A stretch of DNA of 64,000 nucleotides from Camelus ferus (Eukaryota), in assembly GCF_009834535.1 (NCBI RefSeq), contig NC_045697.1:52578001-52642000 (forward strand), written 5' to 3'. Shown one piece after another: positions 11,955-24,500 of this stretch. A model generated the notes under the pieces. The model was not told the DNA's origin and searched no databases. It saw nothing but the letters and a program-made list of their open reading frames with translations. Numbering within the stretch: position 1 is the stretch's first letter; each line of letters starts with the position of its first letter. The position numbers and the translations under genes are program-made.

Positions 11955-12180
11955 GAAATTTGGTGTCAGGGAGACCCAGGTTTAAAAAACCTAGCCCCTA
12001 ACACTTAGTATTTGTATCACCTGGAGCAAAGTATCCAACATTGTTGAGCCTCAGTTTTTCCATCTATAAAATTGGGGGTCAGAATATCAGCCTGGCAGGA
12101 TTGCTTTGCAATTCAAATTAGGTGACAGATGTGAGAGCACTCAGTTTTGTGCCTCGCACCTGTTACGTGTTTAATAAAGG
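11955..12180 (+). mobile_element. MIR SINE
   Basis: gacccaggtttaaa...acttagtatttgtatcacctggagcaaagt...tgagcctcagtttttccatctataaaattgggg (MIR core). Confidence 0.7.
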
Positions 12181-12499
12181 TATATTTCCGTCCATCCTTC
12201 TCTTTCTTTTCCCTTGACTTTACCAGTGGACAATGCCATGAAGAAACTTATTACTTCTGGAAACTTACAGAATATCTTATTTCAGGGGTATGGGCCTTAT
12301 ACACGAAAGTGCATCCTGATGTATGTCTTTTTCCTTCTCTACACTCTAACTAAAACTATAAAACTAAATGCGAACAGGATATGGCTCAGCTGTCAGGATC
12401 ATAGCAAAAAGCAAATGCCTTGAAGACTTGAGAAGTCAAGTCAGTTATCAGCCTCTCTGAGCTTCTGGTTCCCGTGAAGATTAAATGATCCAGCATATT

Positions 12500-13540
12500 T
12501 GCTGATCCAGCAAACATTTATGTAGTGTCTGCTACATCCCTGGCCCTCTTCAGAGGGAGGGGAATACATCTGTGAATAAGGCAGACAAAACTGCCCAGAA
12601 ACAAATCATAAATAGATGAACAAGGTGATCCTAGAGAGCACGGAGCGCTCTGCCGAAGAGGATAATAAGGCAGGGGCTACTTAGCATGAGATGGTTCGGA
12701 GGCGGCTTCTGACGAGTTGACATTTGAGCAGAGGCAAAAATGATGGCAAGGAACCAGACATCTGAAGATCTGGGGGCAGGACATTCCAAATAAGGAGAAC
12801 AGCAAGTGCAAAGGCCCTAAGGTGGGAAGAAGGTTAGCACGTTCCGGGAACAGAGCGAGGTCAGTGAGGCTGGACAGAGAGACGGACGGTCAATGGGAGG
12901 TGACGATACTGGAAGCCATCAGGTCCCTGCAGGACACAGCGGAAGTGCTATGGCAGCCCCGGAAGGGTTTTAAGACGGAAAGTGACTTGAGCTGTTTCGC
13001 CTTTTAAAGGATCACTCTGGCTGCTATGTGAGAAATGCATAGTCAGGAGACAAAAGAAACTAGGAAACTATCTCAGACAAAAGAAACTATTTCAACCAAC
13101 TGTGGAGAAACAGGTGTAGGGGGAGGAATCAAGAGTTCTTTTCTGGCCACTTTATGGTTGAAATACTTACTATACATGAAAGAGAAACTGTCAGGCACAC
13201 CACTATATGTCTAAGTCTAGAGCTCAGGAGCCCAGGGCTGGAGATAAGAATTGGGGAAATCGATGAATAAGGCTGGTATTTGAAGCTATTACCAGATGAA
13301 ATCATCCAGGAAGAAAACAGAGAAATAGAGGCGTTGACCTAAGACCAAGTGCCGGGCATGCCGACACTGACACGCAGAGCAGAGGAACAAAAGCAGTCCA
13401 TGAGGTGAGAGGAAAACCGGGAAAGAGTGATGTCAGGGAAGCTAGGAAAGGAAGAGCGTGCGGCTACCAAGAGGCTGAGAAAGATGGAAACAGAGAAGAA
13501 CTTGGGTTTGGCGACATGGAGGTTGTTGGTGATGACAATC
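12500..13540 (-). mobile_element. LINE-2 fragment (decayed)
   Basis: Reverse L2 motifs: cagcaaacatttat, ggagaacagcaagtgcaaaggccctaagg, ttttaaaggatcactctggctgct, agtctagagctcaggag, ttggcgacatggaggttgttgg. Confidence 0.75.
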
Positions 13541-16500
13541 AAAGCACCTGAAACAAACCTCCACCCATTCACTCATTCAGTAAATACTTGCTGGGTATCT
13601 ACTGGGTGCCAGGCACCCTGCTGGCACTGGAGATCCAGTGCTGAGCAAGACAGACAAAGGCTCTGGTGTAATCACATCTGCTTTCTCTGTCCAAGGGGCA
13701 AGAACCCCTCAGTATTACAGCCCTTGTGGACCTAGATGAGTATGACAGCTTAACATGGAAATTCCTTCAAAGACCTTGGAAACACAGCAAAGCCTGGAGC
13801 CTGGACTACTGCATGGACACTCAGAAAACTGTCTTCCCTTCGGGAAACAAAGAGTAGTTTAGCCCACATTTTTTCTCAGAACAAATGCTTTCCAGTCCTA
13901 TCGACCTACAGAATCCAACACCAATTCCTGCAAAACATCATTTCTGCACCCCACCATGAATCAAGCTGGTCCCAAAGTGGTCTACTGACTTTCCACATAT
14001 TCCCTAAATAAAATGTGTAGCCTCTGCACCTAAGCCCTTCCCCAAATCGCATGCAACAAACAATCAAAGCAGAAGTAAAGGAAGAAGGCAGGAACAACTG
14101 AACAACCGTACAAATATTACAGCCCAGAGCCCGCTTCCTAGATGGAGAAAGCCACCCAGCATAACTAAAGCACCGTCTGTGTCAGAGTGCGAATAACGCT
14201 GGGGGCATTCCTTGGCTCTTTGGTACATATTTCACATTCCCTCCAAGACTATACATAGCAAGTAATGAGAAACCTAGTTCTTTCTGATGGACAATGCAGA
14301 GCTTCTGTCAGCAGCCTCTTCCCCTGTAGAAAGTGAAAAAGAAAATGCAAACTGAAGATACAAAGCCTGCACGCCCAGCGCAGCCCTGGCCGGAGAGCAG
14401 GTCCGGCCTGGCACATCTGGGCTCCTGCGCCAGGCACAGGGGCTTCACGGCGCTTTTTCCTCTTGACGCCACAAGCGTCAGTTATTTGGGTTTGTGTCCC
14501 CTTCCCCCAGACCTTCTCAGCGGCTGCTTGCTATTATTAGTAAGACAGAGATATCTTTTAAAATGACCGTCTGACCCCACCAGTTTTCCCCTTTATCAGT
14601 AGGAAGGAATGAACTCATCGAGTCCTTAATCAGGTCCCCAAATCCATTCTAAAAAGTTCCTTTCACACGAGCTGCACTCGCAGAAAACAAAGAAGGGAAG
14701 GCGCAGGCTTCTAAGCGGCTCCCTAGGCTGTGCACAGCGCCAGCGGGAGGCAAAGTTCAGAATAGACTTGGAAGCTTCTCACCAGCATCACGGGGATAAG
14801 GGTCATACCAGTCAGTGTAAAACCCACACGGGGCCCATGCTGCCTTCCCTCAGCAGGGCTTCTGACAGGAGAAGTTAGACCCCTTCCTCGGAAGCCCCAA
14901 CCAACCTGGGACTTCTCTTATCTTCCGTTATTCTAGGACACGAAAGTGATTTCACTGTAACACATGTCAAATCTGCTGCCAAATGGACCGGCTCTCACCG
15001 GCCGGTCCTAATCACCACACAGGCTTGTAAGGGTGACTTAAGCCCGGCACGAGAAACATTTGTGCAAAACTGTCAGCCATTGGGCCTCGGGCACCCATCG
15101 ACATTCCACCCCTCTGAGTTCCCACCCCCCAGAGCCCTCGCCAACTGCCAACGTGCTCACCAGCTAGTCCACACAGCGCCAGCAGCTGCCACCCAGCCAG
15201 TCAGCAAGTGGCAGGCCGCCAGCACACAAGTTTCAGAATGCAAGCCTGCCCATCGCAGGGCTGCTAAAGGTTGAAGGTCTTTGGTGTGCTAGCCTTTAGA
15301 TTCGCCTCACTTGCCCTCCCCACTCCCTTCTCCCATCCCTCCCCTCTCCTGCCTCCCACGGTAGCATTACACTCGTCTCTATAGCAACAGCATCTGGTTT
15401 CAGGGTTATAACTAATGCAGAGCAGTTCTCCTCCTAACCTAAGGCTTTTGCCAAAGGATGCACTAGCAGCAAAAAGGCTGCTGCCTAAGGTGGAGCCACA
15501 TGTTCCCTTGTCACCCCAGGACCACGACTGTGTTCTGAGCTGCACGATCACGGCAGCAGCCGCTCTCAAACCCCTCCCCAACTTTGGCACCCTGGTCTGT
15601 GCATAGAGGATCCACTCAGGGCTTACAGCCGCACTTCCAGGGCCAACCCTCTCTCCACACCCTGCTCTCCACCTAAAGAGGCTGTGTGTAGATTGAATGA
15701 GTAGTGGGGCTTTCTGACTACTTCCAAAAAGGCACCAGGTAATGGCACCCCGGGGAGCAGAATAGCTCCAGCTGTTAGCAAGTCCATACCTGAGTCTGAC
15801 ACCGCTGGTTCTTTCCGTGCACACAGCTTAAAGTTTGCTCGTTAACCTCAAATTCAAACTCACCTCCTTTATCCTAACTAGCTTGATCTGTTTACAACAG
15901 CCAGTGAACCCCATATTCTCTCACGTTACAGCAGCTTTCCTGTGCACAGCAAATGTTTAAACAGTCCTTTACACACATGCCCTCACAAACCGAAGTCATG
16001 CGCGCAGGGGAGTGGACAAATACCAGGAAGCGAAGGGTTGGATCATTACTATTAGCTGTTGCTGCCATGAAAATTATATTTACACTGTGCATAAGGGCTT
16101 TTACTTGAGGACTGAAAGGTGTTAATCTCAGGTCTCTGAGCTCAAATGCAGGCTGTCCCTGCTACTCAGCTGGTCATAGATCAGATGGGAGGTAAAAATC
16201 AGTATTCTCCTGGCGCTTTTCCAGGAGCCACACAGAATTCAACAATTAGTACTGATATCTAAAATTGCACACTCACACACACATCTCCAAATTCTGTTTC
16301 CTATTCAAATCATTTCTAAGAAGTCAGGAACCATTTTCATTACAAATCACTAGCAAATGTAATGTTTTCTTTCAAACTTTTTAAACCACACAGTGTTTTA
16401 TTGGTGCCTTTGTTGTTTTGGAAAATCTGTGGTCCACATTTTCAACAGACACATCAAGCAAGAACAGTATCCGTTCTCCAAACCACAGGCGACAGGGGAG

Positions 16501-16999
16501 AGTGGTCACAGAGGCTGCAAAGAGCACTGCCATCTTTTGGCAACATGTGTTCACTACAGGGAAGCGGAGGGCAAGGGCGGAGGGCAAGCCGCAACTGTTC
16601 CTTTCCTCACTGCACTGTCCCCATGCGGAGAGAGCCTTTCAGTCCCACAGGGAGGAAAAGAGAAGGACGCAGTTGGCAGCTTAACCGTGGAGACTGCTGG
16701 AGCTCCAGATCTCCATGCTGGGGAAAAGAAACATCAGTGTGGCAAACGCGATAAGCCTGACTCACGGCAGAGGGGAGTCCCAGAGATCAGGCGGCAACAC
16801 AGCAAAGCAAACGCCCTGCGCAGAGCTCAGGCACGCCCCAGTCAGCCTGGCGATTCACACAGGCCCTGGGCCAGGGAGACGTGGGGGCCAGCCCCGTGCC
16901 ACATCACACCGCAGACTGCATAAAAGGTGAAAATGGAATCCGGAGCAGGGTCAGGCCAAACATAATTCTGGTCTGGATTTACAAACTGCATTAAAAGTT

Positions 17000-17735
17000 C
17001 ATTTGTGCTCTTGGGCATTTATCCCAGAGAAATGAAAACTTCTGTTCGCACAAAATCCTGTACAGGAATGTTCACAGCAGCTTTCTCTGTAATGGCCAAA
17101 GACTAGAATTCGCCCAGATGGCTTTCAACAGGTGAATGGTTAAACCAGCTGGTACACCCATACCATGCAGTATTGCTTAGCAATAAAAAGGAACAAACTA
17201 TTGACAAACAAAACAAACTAAATGAATCTCCAAGGGATTATGCTATTTAAAAAGGCTGATCCCAAGAGGCTACATACCATATGGTTCCATTTATATGACA
17301 TTTTTGAAATGACAAAATTTTAGATGTGATGGACAGACTAGTAGTGGCCAGAGTGTAGAGAAGGCAGAGGCGTGGTGGGTGGAGGTTGCAGTGGGGTGTT
17401 CATGGTTATAAAAGGGCAACATGAGGGACCCTTGTGGAGCTGGCCCTGTTCAGCATCTTCCCTGTGGTGATGGGTATATGAATCCACACAGGTGATATAA
17501 TTGTATAGAACTTAAAACACACACACAGAGAAATGAGTACAAATAAAACTGGAGAAATCTGATTAAGTTCAGTGGATCATATCAGTGCCAAAATCCTAGT
17601 TGCAATATTGTACTAAAGTTTTGCAAAATGTTAACAGTGGGGAATAGCAGCAGTGTACATGTGATCTCTCTGTGTTATTTCTCAAATACACATGTGAGTC
17701 TACAATTACTTCAATAAAGATTTCCATTTTAAAAA
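17000..17735 (+). mobile_element. Old LINE-1 3' fragment (L1MC/L1MD-like)
   Basis: ctcttgggcatttatcccagagaaatgaaaact...atgttcacagcagcttt...atggttccatttatatgacatttttgaaatgacaaaatt...tctacaattacttcaataaa. Confidence 0.8.
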
Positions 17736-18717
17736 GGCTGGTTTTCCAATCTGCTTTTTAATATTTCCCTTGAAAACTTCATAGCTCACGATGGCCAGTC
17801 ACAGAAGCTGGTCCGTCTCTGCACATGCAGAATCAGGTAACACTGAGTGAGTGCAAATCCCGGGTGTGCCTTTTAGGAACTGTGTGACCTTGGGAAAGTC
17901 AGTTAACCTCTCATTCAGTGTCCTTTAAAATGACCCTAAAACACTTCATAAATGAGTTAGGACATTAAGTAAGTTCCCAGAGTAAATAAGTTCGATTCAT
18001 TACTAAATCTAAGGTCCCAACGGTCCAGAGAGTATAGTAGTTATTAACAGTCCCACAAGCCCGAAGGCCGTAACTCTGTCCCCAGGAGCAAATGCACGGG
18101 AGCGTCAACTGGGGAGACTGGTGATAAGTGCCCAGCAAGGCCGAGGACCAACCTCCTCTCTCCCACCTTCCCCATGCTGAGGAAGAGCGTGCAGGCTCAG
18201 GGGAGGTGACCGATGGAGGCGAAACCTCTGCAGAGGGTGTTAAGTGCTGAAAAGGGAACGGCTTGCCTGACGCCTCAGACATCCCCCCAACTCAGCCTCA
18301 CATCCACTCTTTAATTTTTTCAATGGGCCAATCCACGGGCTTTCACGACCATCACATGCTGCTGTTTGCGACCAGAGTTCCACTGAAGAACGGAACAGTC
18401 TCATTCCTACCTCAGGAATGCAGCACTGTGTCCATGGGAAGTTTTCTCAGAGTTTAGACTGTTAGGTTCAGGAAAAGGAGTCTTCCTTCTCAACTCTTAA
18501 CTGTCAACTGCCCTTTTTTAAGGGCCCTGGTGTGAAAATCAGAAAGGTCCTAAGAGAGGGTTCAGGGGAGAACGGAAAGGCTGGGGCGGCTGCGTGAGAG
18601 CCAGGAGGGCAGCCGTGGGCATGTCCAGCCTGTCCCCTACCCCCTCCTCCCCACTGTCAGGTCTTCAGCCAAGAGCCAGCTAAACCAGCAGCCGAGTAAA
18701 GAAAGCAGAGCAAGCAA

Positions 18718-18852
18718 GAGGGTATAGCTCAGGGGCAGCGCCTGCTTAGCATGCATGAGGTCCTGGGTTCAATCCCCAATGCCACCATTAAAATAATAAT
18801 AATAAAATAATAAATAAATAAAATAGACTAATTACTTCCCCTTCAAAAAAAA
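18718..18852 (+). mobile_element. tRNA-Ala-derived SINE (camelid Vic-1-like)
   Basis: GAGGGTATAGCTCAGGGG...CTTAGCATGCATGAGGTCCTGGGTTCAATCCCC, then an (AAT/AAAT) linker, CTAATTACTTCCCC and an A tail. Confidence 0.85.
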
Positions 18853-19934
18853 GCAAAGGGAAGAAGACAAGACAACCCACCAGGCAAAAGGGAAGAAAAG
18901 GACTCCTATAGCTGTAAACCCATCCTGCAACACGTGCCCTAGCACATCCAGGCTTAGAAGTGAGTGTATGATGGCCGGATGGCCGCCCCCACTGATGGTT
19001 TCTAAATGGTTTCTCTGCCCCTGAACTCATTCCTCACTTATCCACCCGTTTATAAAACACAATTTGGCATCATTCTCCTTTTAAAAATCATTCAGTATAC
19101 TGAAGATGAAGTGCAAACTGCTCAACATGGAACTTAAGGCTTATCATGAGCTTTCCACACGTAGCTGCTGCCATTCCCGCCATTCCAGTCCCTGCACAGG
19201 CTTCCATGCTTCCATGTACATGCTGTTTCCTCTAAACATTGTGTCATCCTAATTAACCCATTCCAGACCCAACTCTCTAGAAAGCGCTCCACATTCTCAG
19301 ACACACCCTTTCCCAAGAAGAGCGTGCTTCTTCCTGTTCTCCACTGGCTCCTCTAACATGCCTGCTTCTCATGCAGCCTGTTCAATGCTGCACCGTCACA
19401 ATCATTAACCTCATGCAACTGGATTGGACACGTCATGGCAGCCGTCTCCACCACATTAGGACCTCTTTGAGAGGGGTATCATCTTTCTAAAGTCTTTCTA
19501 CTTCCAAGGTCAAGTACAATCGTTACACATAATAAGTGCTCATGAAATGGTAATGAATGAATGCACCAATCAATCAATCAACCAGTGAGGAGCAGGTACA
19601 GTGAGGGTACATATATGGTTGGTACTAAGCGCATCTCTGAGTTTAAAGACCCTGAATGTAGTGTTCAAACAACATGAACCCCACACACAAGCTAATTTCG
19701 AATTACTTGTCTAGTATCCAACTGAAGAAACAGTGATTTGCTCCAAAGCTAGAGTGGGGAAATGGTATGTTGTATTTATTCCCTGAAAGATGTTATGTCT
19801 GTGGATGAATTAAGGGATTTTTTTTTAAAGAATAATCTTAACTATTTAATTTTCTCTTTATTGCCTAACTTTAGAACTTAACCCATCACATAGACTGTAA
19901 CTGTACTGTATTATACAGAATTAAATTCAAATGA

Positions 19935-20130
19935 GGGGGAGCTCAGTGGTAGAGTGCCTGCTTAACGTGCACAAGGTCCTCGGTTCAATCCCCAGTACCT
20001 CCATTAAAAAATAATAATAGTAATTTTAAAATAAATAAATAAATAAATAAATAAACCTAATTACCTCCCCCAAAACAAAAACCACCAAAATAAGCAAAAA
20101 AAAAAAAAAAAAAAAAACCCAAAAAACTAA
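19935..20130 (+). mobile_element. tRNA-Ala-derived SINE (camelid Vic-1-like) with expanded (AAAT)n linker and long A tail
   Basis: GGGGGAGCTCAGTGGTAGAG...GGTTCAATCCCCAGTACCTCCA, then (AAAT)n, AACCTAATTACCTCCCCC and poly-A. The head lacks the GGTATA found in the other copies. Confidence 0.85.
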
Positions 20131-21499
20131 GTTAAAAAAATTTGATTCCTTTTACACAAAAAAAAAATTCAAGTAAGAATTTCCCTTTGTCTGCTTTTAA
20201 AAAAAAGGTAAAGTGGTACCTAGCTCTGCCACATAGTAGGTTCTAAGAAAACATTTGTTCAATGACTATGTAGATGAATGGACTTAAAAATAAAGTACAG
20301 GCTAAACTGCTTTAAAAATCCAGAAAAAGCAGGAGAAACTATAAGAAAGCTCAATTTTGTCCTCAGGCCTGCAGCTGGACAAATAAAACTCTGTAATGTG
20401 TTTAGGCAAACCAATAAAGAAGCTGGATAGCAACTACCTACAAACGGAAATTAGGATTTGAAATGTCAATATAAACTTTGAGCTCTGGAAATTACAGCCT
20501 AACTTTAAATTGATACATAGTCAATGTTAATTATCTGAGTAATTAGCACAGGGATAGCACAGATATCCAGAGTTAATTTATACTTTTCATTGGAGTCTGT
20601 GATTTTTCATACATTCACTGTGGCTTTTACGGTGACCTCAGGTCAGATCCAGGCTGGCAGGTGGATGGGGACTCCAGAGCAGGAGTTTGTTCCAGGACAC
20701 AGTGCCAGGAGTCAGCTGGATGGCATCTGAGCAGGTACTGCTCCTTGACCTTCCCACCTCTGACACCCAGAGCTGACACTGGAGGAAGGTGCCTTCCCTT
20801 TCCACCTCTACCCAAAGTGGCAGCCACACCGTTCACATCTTTCATCCTGAACCACCACACCTGCCGGTGAGGATGAGGCTCTCGGCATTTTATTGAGTTC
20901 TTGCTACATGCTGGGTGCTGTGCTAAGAGTCGTGCACGCGTTATTTCATTTGGGATGCTGTCAGCTTTTGTCCAGCCAGCTCAACGACAGGACAGAGCTG
21001 AAGGTTCTAGCTAAACGATTTCCATACTTATAACAATGTAGGGACTGAGATTAGGGACTCTCATCAACAATTAATTCTTTTTAAGTCTCATTTTTAAAAC
21101 ATGTACTACACTGTGCCAGGTATTACGCTAAGCACTTGACAGTGCTTGTTTGATTCAATCTTCATGGCAACCCTATAAGGTAAAAACTTTTAATGTACCC
21201 ATTTAGAGTTGTAATTTGAAGTTAATAATTTACCCCAAATCACACAATAAGCATGACAAGAAGACCAGGCAGGAAGTTTAACTTAACTACTCTCCCATAC
21301 CTCTTCATAATTAACTAATCCCTGCCCATCAGGCATTACCTTCAAGAATTTTCTTTCCTATTACGTAACTTCAATATGCCTTCTTATAACTTCAAATTGT
21401 AACACTCACACTCATCATTTTCTCTTTCTTGGTGCTTCTACTGGCCAAAAGTTGAAGCATCCCTAACAGGCTTCCCAAATAAATGCTTTTATTTTTACT

Positions 21500-21750
21500 T
21501 AGCAAACACTTAGGTTAAGCTGACTATGTGCCAGTCACTGAGGTAACTGCATCTACAAATATTATGAGTACATTTAATTCTCACACAACAATCTACTGAG
21601 GTATGTACCATCTTTATCATCATCTCTGAGGCACAGAGAGATTAAGTAACTTGCCCAAAGTGACACAGCTAATAACTGTCGAAGTCAGGATTCAAACCCA
21701 GGTGGGTCTAGCTCCACAAGTCTGTGCTCTTAACCACTACATGTCATACC
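21500..21750 (-). mobile_element. MIR SINE
   Basis: actatgtgccagtcactg...ctgaggcacagagagattaagtaacttgcccaaagtgacacagcta...ggattcaaacccagg...tgctcttaaccactac. Confidence 0.8.
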
Positions 21751-22437
21751 GCCTCTCTTCAGCTGATTTGATTAATCTGTTCCAAACTCTTTAGGAACCC
21801 AGGATCACAAATACCAAATAGGCCTTTGGTGAAAGAGGAGACTCACCAGAACACCTAGAGTTTACAGACCTTTGACATTCATGAAACACCTCTTCCCCAA
21901 CCCCACTTTGCAAATGCCCAAATTCACCAATATTACTGCAATATATAAATTCAGATATGATGTGTGGTCAAGTGTAACTATATGAGTTTCTGGATCCCTG
22001 AGGAAAAGGTTACCAGGATGACCTGCAGTGCAGGGCCATCCGCCAGGCTCAGTCTAGGTTCACCACTGGCGCAGGAGACCATCTCAAGTTTTCCTTTACA
22101 AAGTGCAAATGACTACATGGTATGACTCTTCAGGGATGCCAGCAAACAGCCAAAATCACAACTGTCAGATTCACACGTGCCAGGGATGCACTGTACCAAA
22201 AGCCCAAAGAATATATCACTCACCATATGGGTTACACTACTAAGACGAAACACTACTTCATCTCATCAATTTTATAAGCACAGTTCACTGTTACATGAAC
22301 AACGAAGACATTTCTCTAGTCTATGCCCCCTTACTGATGTCTCTTTCCACAATATTGTTTAAAGTTTACCCTTTCTTTTGCTCAAGGAATCTCTCAGTGC
22401 ATACTTGTGATCAAATTTTCCAAAGTTTACCTCATCT

Positions 22438-22945
22438 ACTCATTCATTTAACCGGTTTATTGAGTGTCTACTCTGAATAGGCCTTATTCTAGACACGAAG
22501 GATAAATCCATATTGGGGAAATAGACAAAACAAAATTTAAAAGTAAATTGTATAATACGTTAGGTGATACTGCTATGGAAAAACGTAAGCAAGGAAGAGA
22601 TTTAGGGAGTGCTGGTGGACAAAGCAGGGCGGGGGTCAGTTTTAAACAGGCAGTTTAGGAAAGCCTCACTGAGTGACACTCTGAGTGAAGACCTGAAGGA
22701 GGTGAGGAAGTGATTATTAGAGAAAACAGCAAGGGCAAAGGCCCTGAGGCAGGAGAGTCTGGTTGGCCATCTCAGAACATCAGAGGCCAGCATCTAGAGC
22801 AGAGTGAATAGGGACGGTAGGAAATACGGTGAGAGAGGTCAAGGTAAAGGACAGGCAGGCTGCATGGCCTAGGAGGCTACGCACAGGGCTTCAACATTTA
22901 CTCTGAGCAACTAGAAACCACTGGGAGGTTCTGAGCAACAGTAAC
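22438..22945 (-). mobile_element. LINE-2 3' fragment
   Basis: ctcattcatttaaccggtttattgagtgtctact...ggaaagcctcactgag...agcaagggcaaaggccctgaggcagga...tttactctgag. Confidence 0.75.
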
Positions 22946-23759
22946 ATTTCCTCAAGCTTACAGTCTTCTTCACTTTTTAAATCTTTGTCATTATATAAAC
23001 AACTCTATTAAGGATCTTCCTGGAACCTACTTCTACTCAGAAGGTCTTCCTGGGACCACAGCACAGAAGTTCCAGGCAGGGTCTGCTGGGGCAGCATCCT
23101 ACGGCAGCCAAGCCAGAGCCTGGCCCAGTCCTCTGTCTGCAGACCAAAGAATGGACTGACCCATCTTAGAAGACTTTATCCCCAGCGTTCAGCACCTGCA
23201 CACTGACCTCAGCCTCATAAAGGTGCTAAGCAACGTGTCAGCTCTCTGAACTAAGGCCAATCAGCATTAACTTATCCACCTAATCTGTGTTAACTTCTGC
23301 CAAACTAAGCCTCCAAGTTTATGACTTATGTAGTTGCCACCTAGGTCCTCACCTAACTGTGCCCCAGGGATGGCAACGCTTAGTGCCAGAAGATGCCAAA
23401 GCAGATGACTAATACGTAGACATCAGGAGAACAGCATGAAATTGATTTGTTGGTGGCTATTTAACAGCCATGATTCAAATCTATGCTCTGAATATTTTTT
23501 AAAATGTTGCTTTTAAGTGTAAACTTTCTGGATTAACTTTGCGAGAACAGGAAGGACACAGAAAGACTGCAAATTCCTCCGTTACCTCTATTTATGGTAT
23601 TTTAGGAGGAAATGTCCTCAGCCCCATCCCTTGCCTAAGAGTGGAAGAAATGCTTGTTTGGCTCTAGTGGCTTCTTAGCAAGGAGCAGGTCACTCCACAT
23701 AAGTAAGGTCCTCCCCAACTTAAAAACACCCTCTTTAATTCTGATAGATAAAAAGAAAC

Positions 23760-23870
23760 TTCATTGTGCTGCATACAAGAAATTGACACAAAATTGTAAG
23801 CTGACTATACTGCAATTTTTAAAAAGTATAAAATACAATAGACAAAAATAAATAAATAAATAAATAAAAA
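23760..23870 (+). mobile_element. Short LINE-1 3' tip with (AAAT)n tail
   Basis: tgtgctgcatacaagaaattgacacaaaattgtaagctgactatactgcaa followed by an A-rich tail. Confidence 0.75.
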
Positions 23871-24084
23871 TAACAGCATCTTATCAGAACATTAGAAACC
23901 ATAGCCATGATTCTCAAATTTCAATGATCTATGTTTGGTATTGTTTCGGCCACTGCATTCTTCAATTAGTAAATTAATGCTATAATTTCCAGAATTAAGT
24001 CTCAAGTCTTTTTCAATAGATCTTAAATTCTTTTCACACTCAATGATGAGTAAATGGCTCTTTTCAAATGAAAAAAGAAAAAAG

Positions 24085-24500
24085 AAACCTACAAGATATA
24101 ACTATCAAATGCAGTATGCAGGTTGAGATCCTGATATAGGCAAAATTTTAAAAAAATTTTTGAGACAATTAAGGAAGCTTAAATATTAACTGGGTATTCG
24201 CTGATACTAAGGAATGATTGTTAATGCTATCAGGTATGACAATGACATAGGGGTTACACTTTTTAATGTCTATATTCCTTAGAAATATTTAATTAATTTG
24301 TGAAATGATATGATGTAGCATTTACTTTAAAATATTCCAGTAAAAAAATAAAAGGGGGTGGGTGGTAAAAAGTGTGACACAAGACTGGCGATATATTGTG
24401 AATGTCAGAGCTGGGTAATGGGTAGATGGAAGTTCATTGTACTAGTCTCTCCTCTTCTGTTGATATTGGAACTCTTTCAAACCAAAAAGCTTTAAAATTC
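24085..24500 (+). mobile_element. Old LINE-1 3' UTR fragment (L1ME/L1MC-like)
   Basis: caaatgcagtatgc...gagacaattaaggaa...gaaatgatatgatgt...gctgggtaatgggtagatggaagttcattgtacta, typical of ancient L1M 3' ends. Confidence 0.6.

Noticed and set aside
3077..20010. tRNA-Ala(AGC)-like sequences as genuine tRNA genes
   Set aside because: Each has stem-disrupting substitutions, a shared non-tRNA tail motif and poly-A, with clear TSDs on two copies. These are SINE copies.
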